In this document: one piece after another, positions 17,254-25,879 of the stretch
How positions within the stretch are numbered: the stretch's first letter is position 1
Layout of the letters: each line of letters opens with the position of its first letter
Virus record (IMG/VR): IMGVR_UViG_3300032233_001427
Location: 1 to 31,532 of that record
Length of the DNA stretch: 31,532 bases
Direction: 5' to 3' (one strand)
Source: a virus
Taxonomy: Duplodnaviria; Caudoviricetes
Notes under the pieces: generated by a model
What the model was told of the DNA's origin: nothing
What the model saw: only the letters and a program-made list of their open reading frames with translations
Database searches by the model: none
Made by a program: the position numbers and the translations under genes

Positions 17254-20200
17254 GCAGCGGCGGGAGGATCGCAGGCGGAGCGCTGGTTTCCGGCTCTGGC
17301 GGCGGCGGTGGGAAAGGTGGCGGCCAGGCCTACACCCCCACAACCGCACGGGACGGCCTCGACTCAACGCAATACGCAAAGGTCATTGACCTAATCAGCG
17401 AAGGTGAGATTCAAGGCCTGAAGAACGGCCACAAATCCATCTATATCAACAACACCCCGCTGCAAAATGCAGACGGTAGCTACAACTTCCAGGACGTTGC
17501 GGTCTACACCACTAACGGGACCCAGGACCAGGCCGCGATCCCGATCAGCAGCGACGTAGAGAGCGAGATTGGCGTTGGCACCACGGTGCTCAATGGCCTG
17601 CCGGTCATCAAATCAATCACCAACCCAAACGTTGACGCGGTACGGCTGACCATTTCAATCCCCCAGCTCCAGGGGTTCACCGACAAGGGCGACATCATCG
17701 GCGCAAGCGTCCAGCTGCAGATTGCAGTGCAGTACGCCGGCGGCGGGTTCACGACGGTCGTGGATGACACGATCATCGGCCGCACTGGCGATCTGTATCA
17801 GAAGAACTACCTAATCAATTTCACCGGGGCCCGGCCCGTAGACATCCGCGTGACGCGGGTAACGGCAGACAGCACGGATCCGAAGCTGACAAACGCCTTC
17901 TCCTGGGCCTCGTACACCGAGATCACGAGCGCCCGGCTGCGCTACCCGAACTCGGCGCTGGTGGGCCTGCGAATCAACGCCCAGCAGTTCAGCTCAATTC
18001 CATCCCGCAGCTACCTGGTGCGCGGGGTCAAGGTGAAGATCCCCAGCAACGCAACCGTCGATCAAAACAACGGGCGGCTGATTTACTCCGGGGTGTGGAA
18101 CGGCACCTTCGGCGCGGCGGCTTGGTGTAGTGATCCCGCGATGATCTTGCTCGATCTCCTGACCAGCACCCGCTATGGATTCGGCGATCACATCAAGCTA
18201 GAGCAACTCGACAAGTGGAGTTTCTACTCTGCCTCCCAATACGCTAGCCAGCTAATTGATTCAGGCCATCGGGCAACTGATGGATCAATTATTTATGAGC
18301 CAAGGTTCTCCTGCAATGTCAACATTCAAAATGCAGAAGAAGCCTACAAACTAATTAACAATCTCTGTTCAGTGTTCCGTGCCATGCCCTACTGGGACGG
18401 CGGCACGCTGACCATCAGCCAGGACCGGCCCACAGATCCCAGCTACCTGCTGACCAGCGCCAACACTGGCGAGGGTGGCGTCAACTACCAGAACAGCAGC
18501 CAAAAAACACGGCCAACGGTCGCGGTGGTTTCGTATCTGGACCTGGGCTATTACGACCCCGTGCTCGCCCGCTGGATCGACGGCTCCAGGGAGATCGCCT
18601 ACGAGGCTGTCGAGGACGCGGCGGCGATCGCCAAGTACGGAGTGGTCACCACCCAGCTAACCGGCTACGGCTGCACCAGCAGGGGGCAGGCCGCCAGGGT
18701 GGGCCGGTGGTTGCTCTATGAGGAGCAGAACAGCGAAGTCGCCAGCACACCGGTGGATCTGGTGGCAGGAACCATCCTGCGGCCGGGCACGGTGATCAGC
18801 AACGCTGACCCGCTCAAGGCAGGATCCAGGCGTGGCGGGCGGATTATCAGCGCCACAGCCAGCGCGCTTACCGCAGACTCCACGGAAGGTCTGAGCACGG
18901 CCAACTCGCCCACGCTGTCAGTGATTCTCCCGGATGGCACGGTGCAGGTGCGGCCTGTGGCGGACATCACAGGGGACGTGATCACGGTCAGCCCGGCATT
19001 CGGCTCAGCGCCAAACCCCAACAGCATTTGGGTTTTTGAATCCACCGATCTGCAGGCCTCAACCTGGCGGGTCCTGGGGGTCACCGAGCAAGACGACGGG
19101 GTGTCATACGGAACCACCATGGTGAGCTATGACCCTTCCAAATACGGCTACATCGAAAACGGCACGCCGCTCCAGCCCAGGGACATCACCAACCTGAACG
19201 AGCTGCCGGCGGCGCCGACAAACCTCGCGTTCGCAGAGGCGCTATACACCTACCAGGCCCAGGTGCGCGCCAAGGTGATCGCCAGTTGGAAGCCGGTGCT
19301 GGGCGTCAGCCTGTACGAGGTGCGCTGGCGCAAGGATCAGGGCAACTGGACCACGACGCAGCAACCCTCGGTTGATTTCGAGATCCTTGACATCACCCCG
19401 GGGTTGTTTGAGTTCCAGGTTTACAGCCTCAACGCAACGTTCAAGCCATCGGTTGAGCCGCTTGCTGGCTCCGTCACCGCCCTTGGCAAGACCGCACCGC
19501 CTAGCAACGTAGAATCGTTCACCGCCGCCCTGGACCCCAGCGTTGGCATCACCCTGAGCTGGCCAGCCGTCACCGATCTGGACCTGCAGGGCTACGAGAT
19601 CTGGGACGGCCCATCGTGGGGGGTGGGAACCCTGCTGGGCGTGTTCAACGCCACCAGCAAAAAACTCGGCCTCCCAGGCTCAGGCACAACAACGTGGTGG
19701 ATCAAGGCCCTCGACACCAGCGGCAGCTACAGCGTCAACGCCATCAGCGCATCCGTCACAATTGCGGGGGCAGCAGGGCCAACCACCAGCGGCTCATTCG
19801 GGGGCGAAAACTTCACCCTGTCGTGGGGCGCCATCCAAGGCAGCCTGGCAACTTCCTACTACGAGGTGCGCTCCGGCTCCACCTCCAGCACCTGGGCAAC
19901 CGCCACCAGCCTGGGCACGGTCAAGGGCACGACGTTCACCACCAAAGCGGAGTGGGTCGGCACTCGCCGGTTTTACGTGGCAGCGGTTGACCTGATCAAC
20001 ACGATGGGCGCGTCAAATTATTTTGACGCCATTGTTATCGCGCCAACGCAACCCACAATCACCACGCAGGTTGTTGATAACAACGTGCTGTTGTACTGGA
20101 ACGACTGCACCCAAACTCTGCCCATCGAAAGTTACGAACTGCGCAAGGGTGCAACGTGGGCAACCGCTCAAGTAATTGGAACCAAGCAGGGCAAATTCAC

Positions 20201-21026
20201 GACTGTTTTCGAGACAGTTAGCGGCACATTTTCATATTTTCTGGCGGGCATCGACGTTGCAGGAAATTATGGCAGCCCTGGCAGCGTCACAACCTCCGCA
20301 TCCCAGCCGCCCGATTACGTCCTGAAGCTGGACCAGAACAGCACATTCAGCGGCAGCAAAACCAATGCAGCGGTAGAAGGCGGAGGGCTGCTGGTTTGCG
20401 TCAACACCACCGAAACCTGGCAGTCGCACTTCACCAGCCGTGGGTGGACCACACCGCAAGACCAGATCAATGCTGGGTACGCCTACTTCGCCATGCCATC
20501 GCAGGCAACAGGGCAATACGTGGAAGAGATCGATTACGGAACCGTGCTCGCGTCATCAAAGATTTCCACGGTCCTAACCGCCAACACCATTGCGGGCACA
20601 ACTAGCACGACGCCGACGCTGGCCTACAGGAGGTTGACAACCGATGCCTGGACGACATTTTCAGGTGTCAGCTCAGTGTTCGCCACCAACTTCCGCTACT
20701 TCCGGGCTCAGTGGGACTTCGCATCCACTGGTGGTGATGACCTGCTGCAGATCACCGGCCTAAACGTCAAGCTGGACTCCAAGCTCAAGAACGACTCCGG
20801 CACCGGCACGGCCAACGCGGCAGATAGCGGCGGCACGGTGGTTTCGTTTGGCGTTGCGTTCGTGGACATCGACAGCATCAGCGTCACACCACTGGCAACC
20901 AGTTCCGTGGTGGCGGTCTACGACTTTGTGGATTCGCCTAACCCCACATCTTTCAAGGTGCTGTTGTTCAACAGCTCCGGCACTAGAATAAGTGGATCAT
21001 TCAGTTGGAGCGCTAGGGGAGTCTGA
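17250..21026 (+). CDS. Tail tip/host specificity protein J
   Basis: DLISEGEIQGL, YPNSAL, WCSDPA, RYGFG, EPRFSCN, GCTSRGQA.R.GRW, and FN3-like repeats. Confidence 0.93.
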   Translation: MSSGGRIAGGALVSGSGGGGGKGGGQAYTPTTARDGLDSTQYAKVIDLISEGEIQGLKNGHKSIYINNTPLQNADGSYNFQDVAVYTTNGTQDQAAIPISSDVESEIGVGTTVLNGLPVIKSITNPNVDAVRLTISIPQLQGFTDKGDIIGASVQLQIAVQYAGGGFTTVVDDTIIGRTGDLYQKNYLINFTGARPVDIRVTRVTADSTDPKLTNAFSWASYTEITSARLRYPNSALVGLRINAQQFSSIPSRSYLVRGVKVKIPSNATVDQNNGRLIYSGVWNGTFGAAAWCSDPAMILLDLLTSTRYGFGDHIKLEQLDKWSFYSASQYASQLIDSGHRATDGSIIYEPRFSCNVNIQNAEEAYKLINNLCSVFRAMPYWDGGTLTISQDRPTDPSYLLTSANTGEGGVNYQNSSQKTRPTVAVVSYLDLGYYDPVLARWIDGSREIAYEAVEDAAAIAKYGVVTTQLTGYGCTSRGQAARVGRWLLYEEQNSEVASTPVDLVAGTILRPGTVISNADPLKAGSRRGGRIISATASALTADSTEGLSTANSPTLSVILPDGTVQVRPVADITGDVITVSPAFGSAPNPNSIWVFESTDLQASTWRVLGVTEQDDGVSYGTTMVSYDPSKYGYIENGTPLQPRDITNLNELPAAPTNLAFAEALYTYQAQVRAKVIASWKPVLGVSLYEVRWRKDQGNWTTTQQPSVDFEILDITPGLFEFQVYSLNATFKPSVEPLAGSVTALGKTAPPSNVESFTAALDPSVGITLSWPAVTDLDLQGYEIWDGPSWGVGTLLGVFNATSKKLGLPGSGTTTWWIKALDTSGSYSVNAISASVTIAGAAGPTTSGSFGGENFTLSWGAIQGSLATSYYEVRSGSTSSTWATATSLGTVKGTTFTTKAEWVGTRRFYVAAVDLINTMGASNYFDAIVIAPTQPTITTQVVDNNVLLYWNDCTQTLPIESYELRKGATWATAQVIGTKQGKFTTVFETVSGTFSYFLAGIDVAGNYGSPGSVTTSASQPPDYVLKLDQNSTFSGSKTNAAVEGGGLLVCVNTTETWQSHFTSRGWTTPQDQINAGYAYFAMPSQATGQYVEEIDYGTVLASSKISTVLTANTIAGTTSTTPTLAYRRLTTDAWTTFSGVSSVFATNFRYFRAQWDFASTGGDDLLQITGLNVKLDSKLKNDSGTGTANAADSGGTVVSFGVAFVDIDSISVTPLATSSVVAVYDFVDSPNPTSFKVLLFNSSGTRISGSFSWSARGV

Positions 21027-22408
21027 TGGCTGATTGGTCACTGCCAGCTCTGACGAGTATTTATACCAATACCCTCACGGAAATCAAAAACCGTGACATT
21101 GACTTAGCACTTCAGTTTGACGGCACCACAAGCACCTCAATCCCGACAGGCGCGATCCGCTGGACCAGCTCAGCCAACACGTGGCAGAAGTGGACCGGCA
21201 GCGCCTGGGGCGCACTGTCGAGCACGTTTGCGTTCCCGGCGATTACCACAAGTGGTGATCAATCAATCGTTGCTCAGCACAATGGCAACGCTACTGCGTG
21301 GTACGGGAGGATTCTCAGCAAAAACTCCACAGCCGATAGGGCTGCATTTCTTGGCACATACGGAAGTAACACAGGCGTCTTTGCGCACAACAATGCATTA
21401 AGCGCTTGGGCTGATTTATACGTCAATACCACTGACGGAGGAAACTCCAGCGCTGGAAACGTCAGGCTGCCATCCACTGTATTTCTAAACGGCAACCAAG
21501 CGCTTCACGCAGGAAACTACAACAGCTACTCTCCGACGTTGACGGGTACGGGGGCTAGCGGGACGTGGGGGATATCTATTACAGGAACCGCAGCTACCGA
21601 CACCACACGGGCGCCACTGGCGTCGCCGACATTCACCGGCTCGGTCACTATTCCGGCGGGCGCCTCAATCAATGGATACGCGCCCCTAGCGTCGCCCACT
21701 TTCACCGGAACTCCTGCGGCGCCTACCGCAACTGCTGGCACCAACACCACGCAGCTCGCAACGACCGCATTTGTATCGAGTGCGATTTCGACCTCCAACA
21801 GCGCAGTGCGGCCAATCGCCAACGGTGGCACGGGCCAGACATCAGCAGCCGCAGCGTTATTGGCCCTCCTTCCAAGCCAGTCAGGGCAAGCTGGCAAGGC
21901 GCTTACCACTAACGGCAGTGTTGCATCATGGGGCGTCGTCGCATCTGGCGCATCAGTTCAAGTCTTTACAAGTAGCGGCACGTACACCCCAACAGCAGGC
22001 AAGACCACGTTTCTGGTGTTTGCTACAGGTGGTGGCGGAGGATATGGCAATGCTTATGACGGTGAAGTTTGGGGGTTTGGCGAAGGCGGTGGAGGTGGTA
22101 CTGCTTTGCGCTTTTACACAAGCACTGAAATGGGAACCACTGCGGCAATTACTGTCGGCGGGGCGGGAGGTAATTCAGATATAGGCGGAAGTGGCGGATC
22201 TACTGTTGTTGATCCTGCTGGAACTGGGTTAACTATTACTGGCGCTGGGGGCGGTGGCGGAGATGGTTACTCCCGAGCTCCTGGCGGTGGTGGGGGGGCA
22301 ACAAATTCCTTATTTGCAATCAATGGAATAACTGGCGCTGGTAGTTTTTGGGCCGCTGGTCGAGGGGCCGCTAGAACCGCAGGCGTCGTACTCATCCTCG
22401 AATGGTGA
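21026..22408 (+). CDS. Tail fibre protein with Gly-rich C-terminal domain
   Basis: APLASPTFTG repeats, TNTTQLATTAFV, PIANGGTG, FTSSGTYTP and a Gly-rich end GVVLILEW. Confidence 0.85.
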   Translation: MADWSLPALTSIYTNTLTEIKNRDIDLALQFDGTTSTSIPTGAIRWTSSANTWQKWTGSAWGALSSTFAFPAITTSGDQSIVAQHNGNATAWYGRILSKNSTADRAAFLGTYGSNTGVFAHNNALSAWADLYVNTTDGGNSSAGNVRLPSTVFLNGNQALHAGNYNSYSPTLTGTGASGTWGISITGTAATDTTRAPLASPTFTGSVTIPAGASINGYAPLASPTFTGTPAAPTATAGTNTTQLATTAFVSSAISTSNSAVRPIANGGTGQTSAAAALLALLPSQSGQAGKALTTNGSVASWGVVASGASVQVFTSSGTYTPTAGKTTFLVFATGGGGGYGNAYDGEVWGFGEGGGGGTALRFYTSTEMGTTAAITVGGAGGNSDIGGSGGSTVVDPAGTGLTITGAGGGGGDGYSRAPGGGGGATNSLFAINGITGAGSFWAAGRGAARTAGVVLILEW

Positions 22409-22692
22409 CCATCATGAAAAACTACGCAATCATTGATTCAACCAACACCGTCATCAACGTCGTTGTATGGGACGGCAAACCACCGTGGGCACCACCACAG
22501 GATTGCATCGCTGTTGAAATTCCCGAAGGCAGCAGCGCTGGCATCGGCTGGACCTACGCCAATGGTGAGTTTGTCGCACCGCCACAGCCTGAGCCGCCCG
22601 AACCCCCAGCCCCACTCACACCCGCCGAAAAGCTTGCCAAATCCGGCCTCACTGTGGCCGAGCTGAAGGAGTTGTTAAGCCTAGCTCCATAG
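22402..22692 (+). CDS. Tail fibre partner/assembly chaperone-like protein
   Basis: YAIID..N.VINVVVWDG..PW.PP, AGIGW.Y..G.F..P, EKL...GLTV.ELK. Alternative start at 22414. Confidence 0.7.
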   Translation: MVTIMKNYAIIDSTNTVINVVVWDGKPPWAPPQDCIAVEIPEGSSAGIGWTYANGEFVAPPQPEPPEPPAPLTPAEKLAKSGLTVAELKELLSLAP

Positions 22693-22700
22693 CCTGAAGC
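22686..22700 (+). promoter_or_regulatory. Putative late promoter motif TCCATAGCCTGAAGC (lysis cassette), overlapping stop
   Basis: 15 bp identical to 4260-4274, with the same 27-nt TAG-to-ATG distance. Confidence 0.6.
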
Positions 22701-22716
22701 AACTCCAGTTTCAGCC

Positions 22717-22875
22717 ATGACGGTCGAGCAACTCCAGGCACTGGCCGCAGGCCTCGCTACCGCCCTGGCTATTTCAGAAGCCCTGCCATTCATGAAGCGG
22801 GTGAAGGGCAACGGCTGGGTTGATCTCGGCGTCACCGTGCTTCGCGCCATCGGCTCCCAGAAGCGCAGGGATTGA
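22717..22875 (+). CDS. Small hydrophobic protein, putative holin (52 aa), not in ORF track
   Basis: MTVEQLQALAAGLATALAISEALPFMKRVKGNGWVDLGVTVLRAIGSQKRRD*. Hydrophobic N-terminal helix and basic tail. First gene after the motif at 22690. Confidence 0.65.
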   Translation: MTVEQLQALAAGLATALAISEALPFMKRVKGNGWVDLGVTVLRAIGSQKRRD

Positions 22876-22876
22876 G

Positions 22877-23119
22877 ATGATCGAATTGATCGCCGCCGCA
22901 ACAGGCGCCACCATCGGAATTATTGCGAGCGGAATCGGCAGCGCCATGAAGCGCGACCGCTCTGATGCGGTGGTGGTGGTCAGGCTCACCGCAGCCGTTG
23001 AGCACATCGCAGAGCAGGTCAGCCTGATGCGCGAGGAAATCAAGGCCGACCGCCAGGAGCTGTTCCCGCGCATCAACCAGATCGAACAACGCATCACCCG
23101 CCTGGAGTCCAGCAAGTGA
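22877..23119 (+). CDS. Small membrane-anchored coiled-coil protein (holin/lysis accessory candidate)
   Basis: Likely start ATG 22877 (MIELIAAATGATIGIIASGIG) followed by a coiled coil. GTGA overlap with the next gene. Confidence 0.6.
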   Translation: MIELIAAATGATIGIIASGIGSAMKRDRSDAVVVVRLTAAVEHIAEQVSLMREEIKADRQELFPRINQIEQRITRLESSK

Positions 23120-23817
23120 CCTACGCATCAGTCCGCGCCGCTGCAGAGCACATTGCCCGCACCGGAACGATCACACCGCACCAGCTGGCGGCATTCACGG
23201 CGCTGGACGAAACGCTAACCAAGGCGCAGCGCCAAGGGTTTACCGATCTCTGGCGGGCAGCGGGCAGCCCCGCAGCAGCTCCCCCGGCAAACATCGCCGG
23301 GCCCAAAAAGACCCCCCAAGATTTCGGGTTCAAGGCTGGCGACTCTCACATCATCGTCTCGGATATTTCAGAGACGGCCAAGGCGTTTTCCTTTGATGGC
23401 CGCTGTCTTTGGGAGGTGGCCGCATTGGCCCGCGGGCAGGGCAGCGAAAACGAATGGACCCACACCGGCACCGATACCCCGCCTGGGCTCTACAAAATCG
23501 GCCAGATCTACAACGACATTGCGAGGCATGGCCCCAAGCCACCCCGCACTGATGAGGTGCTGGCCTACGGGTGGCTGTCGTTCGATCTGATCGGGCTGGA
23601 GGGCCAGGAGGGCCCCGGCAGTCGCCACGGCCGCGACGGGATCATGGTGCATGGTGGTGGTTCCGCCTGCGGATTTCCAGGGTGCTGGTTGCCGCTTCAG
23701 CCGCTGCACAGCACGCTGGGCTGCATCCGGCTGCACAACATCGACTTGCGCGACAAACTGCTTCCCCTGGTGATGGCCGGCACCGTCTTCGTTTCGGTGT
23801 ATCAGGAGCAGCGCTAA
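23116..23817 (+). CDS. L,D-transpeptidase (YkuD)-fold protein, probable endolysin
   Basis: DTPPGLYKIG, GIMVHGGG and TLGCIRL catalytic-like motifs. Last gene of the late operon, after holin-like ORFs. Confidence 0.75.
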   Translation: MTYASVRAAAEHIARTGTITPHQLAAFTALDETLTKAQRQGFTDLWRAAGSPAAAPPANIAGPKKTPQDFGFKAGDSHIIVSDISETAKAFSFDGRCLWEVAALARGQGSENEWTHTGTDTPPGLYKIGQIYNDIARHGPKPPRTDEVLAYGWLSFDLIGLEGQEGPGSRHGRDGIMVHGGGSACGFPGCWLPLQPLHSTLGCIRLHNIDLRDKLLPLVMAGTVFVSVYQEQR

Positions 23818-24767
23818 ATCAGCGCCAGCTGCTCGACTCCCCCTGGCCGCTGCCGCCGGTGACGTTTCGGCCTAGGGGATCGGTTCACGCGGTTCACCGC
23901 CACCAGCACCAGCTGCACCGATTGGGTGGCCAGCTGCTGCTGCAGCCGGCTGAGCTTGGCATCCAATGCCCGGGCGCTCAGGCCCTCCTGCTGGGCCAGC
24001 TCTGGGCGGGGCACCTCCACCCCATCGAGGCCCCAGGCCATTGCGAGCAGGCGCTGATCCTGGCCTGGAAGTTTGCTGATCAGGTTCCGCAACTGCTCCG
24101 CCTGCTTCCAGCGCTCTAGTTGCTCCTCGTCTTCCTCTGGCGTGCGGTCAAACGACGCCACCAGCGAGCCCAGCTCCAGGCCGTCATCGCTCACCACCTG
24201 GTCAAGGCTGCCGATGGGGCGGCCGTTCTCCAACACCTGGACCAGCACCGCGGCGCTGCAGCCCAAGGCCTCGGCGATCTCCGCGTGGGTGGGGAGGCGG
24301 CCTAGCTCGCCTTCAAGCCGCCGGGTGATCGGGCCAATGCGGCCGAGGTATTGGGAATGGCTGCCGGGAATGGTGATCGAGCGGCCGTGCTGATCTGAGA
24401 AACGCCCCACCGCCTGCCGGATCCACCAATAGGCATAGGTCGAGAACCGGTAACCCCTGGCCGGATCAAACCGCTCCACCGCGGTGATCAGGCCCATGTT
24501 CGCCGCCTGGATCAGATCCTCTGTGCCGTGGATCCGAGCCAGCCGGTTGCAGCGCTTGGAAACATAGGAAACGGCGAGCCTGAGATTGGCTTGCACAAAC
24601 CGATCGCGGGCCCGCAGGCCTCGGCGCCTGATACCTGGCGGGCAGGGCTCCGGGTGCGTTCGCCAGCGCTGCACCGCAGCCCCCAGCTCCAGCTCCTCTG
24701 CAGGGGTCAGCAGGGGAATCCTCCCGATTGCTTCAAGCCACCACGCCTGCTGGTTGTTGGTGGCCAC
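23814..24767 (-). CDS. Phage-encoded RpoD/SigA-family sigma-70 factor
   Basis: IGRIPLLTPAEELEL (region 1.2), ANLRLAV, EDLIQ..N.GL..AVERFDP.RGYRFSTYAYWWIRQ (region 2), LGR.PT..EIA (region 3). Region 4 is divergent. Confidence 0.93.
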   Translation of the reverse strand: MATNNQQAWWLEAIGRIPLLTPAEELELGAAVQRWRTHPEPCPPGIRRRGLRARDRFVQANLRLAVSYVSKRCNRLARIHGTEDLIQAANMGLITAVERFDPARGYRFSTYAYWWIRQAVGRFSDQHGRSITIPGSHSQYLGRIGPITRRLEGELGRLPTHAEIAEALGCSAAVLVQVLENGRPIGSLDQVVSDDGLELGSLVASFDRTPEEDEEQLERWKQAEQLRNLISKLPGQDQRLLAMAWGLDGVEVPRPELAQQEGLSARALDAKLSRLQQQLATQSVQLVLVAVNRVNRSPRPKRHRRQRPGGVEQLALI

Positions 24768-24862
24768 GGATCGGACCCTAACAATTCCTGCACTATAGGG
24801 GATGCGAAAGCGGAATCAATACGCTAGGGTTAAGGGGTTGGAAACACCACCACCGGCCAGTC

Positions 24863-25408
24863 ATGACCGCCACCCTCTTCGACCTAACCGGCGAAGCGCT
24901 CAATCTCCAGCGGCAGATCAACGAATCGGCAGAGCTGCTGTTCTCTGATGACCCCGACGAGGCCGCCGCAGCCACGGCCACGCTCGAGGCCCTGATCACG
25001 ACCGAGGCCGCCAATAAGCAGGCGCTCCACAGCAAGGCCGACGCCTGGTGCTGGGTCATTGACCACATCCGGGCCCAGGCCATCAGCCGCGCAGCCCACG
25101 CCCAACGGCTCAAGGATTTGGCCGCAGCCGCCGAGCAGCAGGCCGACGCCCTGCAGGACCGGCTGATCGCGGCGCTCCAGAAAATCGACCCCGACTCGAC
25201 CAAATGGGAGCTCCCCGAGCACCGGATCACCAGCCGCCGCAGCCAGGCGGTCGAGGTGACGGTCGAGGTGGCTGAGCTGCCGGTTGAGTACGTCACCAGC
25301 CGCACCACGCACAGCGCCAACAAAACCGCCCTGGGCGCTGCGCTCAAGGCTGGCGTGCAGATCGATGGCGTTGACCTGGTCGAGCGCCGCAGCTGGAAGA
25401 TTGCATAA
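24863..25408 (+). CDS. Siphovirus Gp157-family protein
   Basis: TLFDLT, KAD...VI, RRSQAVEV...LP.EY, NKTAL..ALKAG..IDG..LVER.S..I. Confidence 0.85.
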   Translation: MTATLFDLTGEALNLQRQINESAELLFSDDPDEAAAATATLEALITTEAANKQALHSKADAWCWVIDHIRAQAISRAAHAQRLKDLAAAAEQQADALQDRLIAALQKIDPDSTKWELPEHRITSRRSQAVEVTVEVAELPVEYVTSRTTHSANKTALGAALKAGVQIDGVDLVERRSWKIA

Positions 25409-25417
25409 ATTCAACTC

Positions 25418-25726
25418 ATGCAGTTTCGGAACCATCAACGCCTTGAATGTCCCGCGGCCCTGTCGGACCTGATCCTTCAGGCCGCCCGGGATGCCATCCC
25501 AGCCCACGTCGATTCCCTGCTGACCCTGCCGCCCATCGGCGAGCACAACGCACCCCTGCTGCCCCTGCTGGTGGGGCTGCTGGATGCGGTTCAGAGCACG
25601 GCCAAGGCCATCGAAGACAACGCCTGGGACGCGCCTGGAAACCGGCTCGATGACCAGCTGGCGTTTGACCTAGCGGGCCAGTGCCGGGCCATAGCCAGAA
25701 CGATCGAAAACAGCGGCCAGATCTAA
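25418..25726 (+). CDS. Hypothetical protein
   Basis: 102-aa ORF packed directly after the Gp157 gene, with phage-like codon usage. Confidence 0.65.
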   Translation: MQFRNHQRLECPAALSDLILQAARDAIPAHVDSLLTLPPIGEHNAPLLPLLVGLLDAVQSTAKAIEDNAWDAPGNRLDDQLAFDLAGQCRAIARTIENSGQI

Positions 25727-25729
25727 CCC

Positions 25730-25879
25730 ATGCCCTACCAAATCACCTACACCAAATCCGATGAATTGCACACCCTCGAATGGATCTGCCCCCAAGGATG
25801 GAGCGAGCCAACAGTGCGCGAATGCTTCCTGCGGCGCTTCCCCGGTTCAGAGATCCTGCGCATCGAGGCGCGGGGTTGA
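25730..25879 (+). CDS. Small hypothetical protein (49 aa), not in ORF track
   Basis: MPYQITYTKSDELHTLEWICPQGWSEPTVRECFLRRFPGSEILRIEARG*. Starts 3 nt after the previous stop. Confidence 0.6.
   Translation: MPYQITYTKSDELHTLEWICPQGWSEPTVRECFLRRFPGSEILRIEARG

Noticed and set aside
21611-21709. Repeated APLASPTFTG coding segments
   Set aside because: This is an ordinary tail-fibre shaft repeat with synonymous divergence, not a DNA-level array.
8163-22408. Diversity-generating retroelement or invertible fibre switch between the two Gly-rich genes
   Set aside because: There is no reverse transcriptase, no near-identical template/variable repeat pair, and both modules are in the same orientation with no flanking inverted sites seen. 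The recombinase is integrase-type.
22820-22876. TTG-start extension of the 22877 ORF given by the track
   Set aside because: It overlaps the more plausible 52-aa ORF. ATG 22877 follows that ORF's stop by 1 nt and begins the hydrophobic segment.
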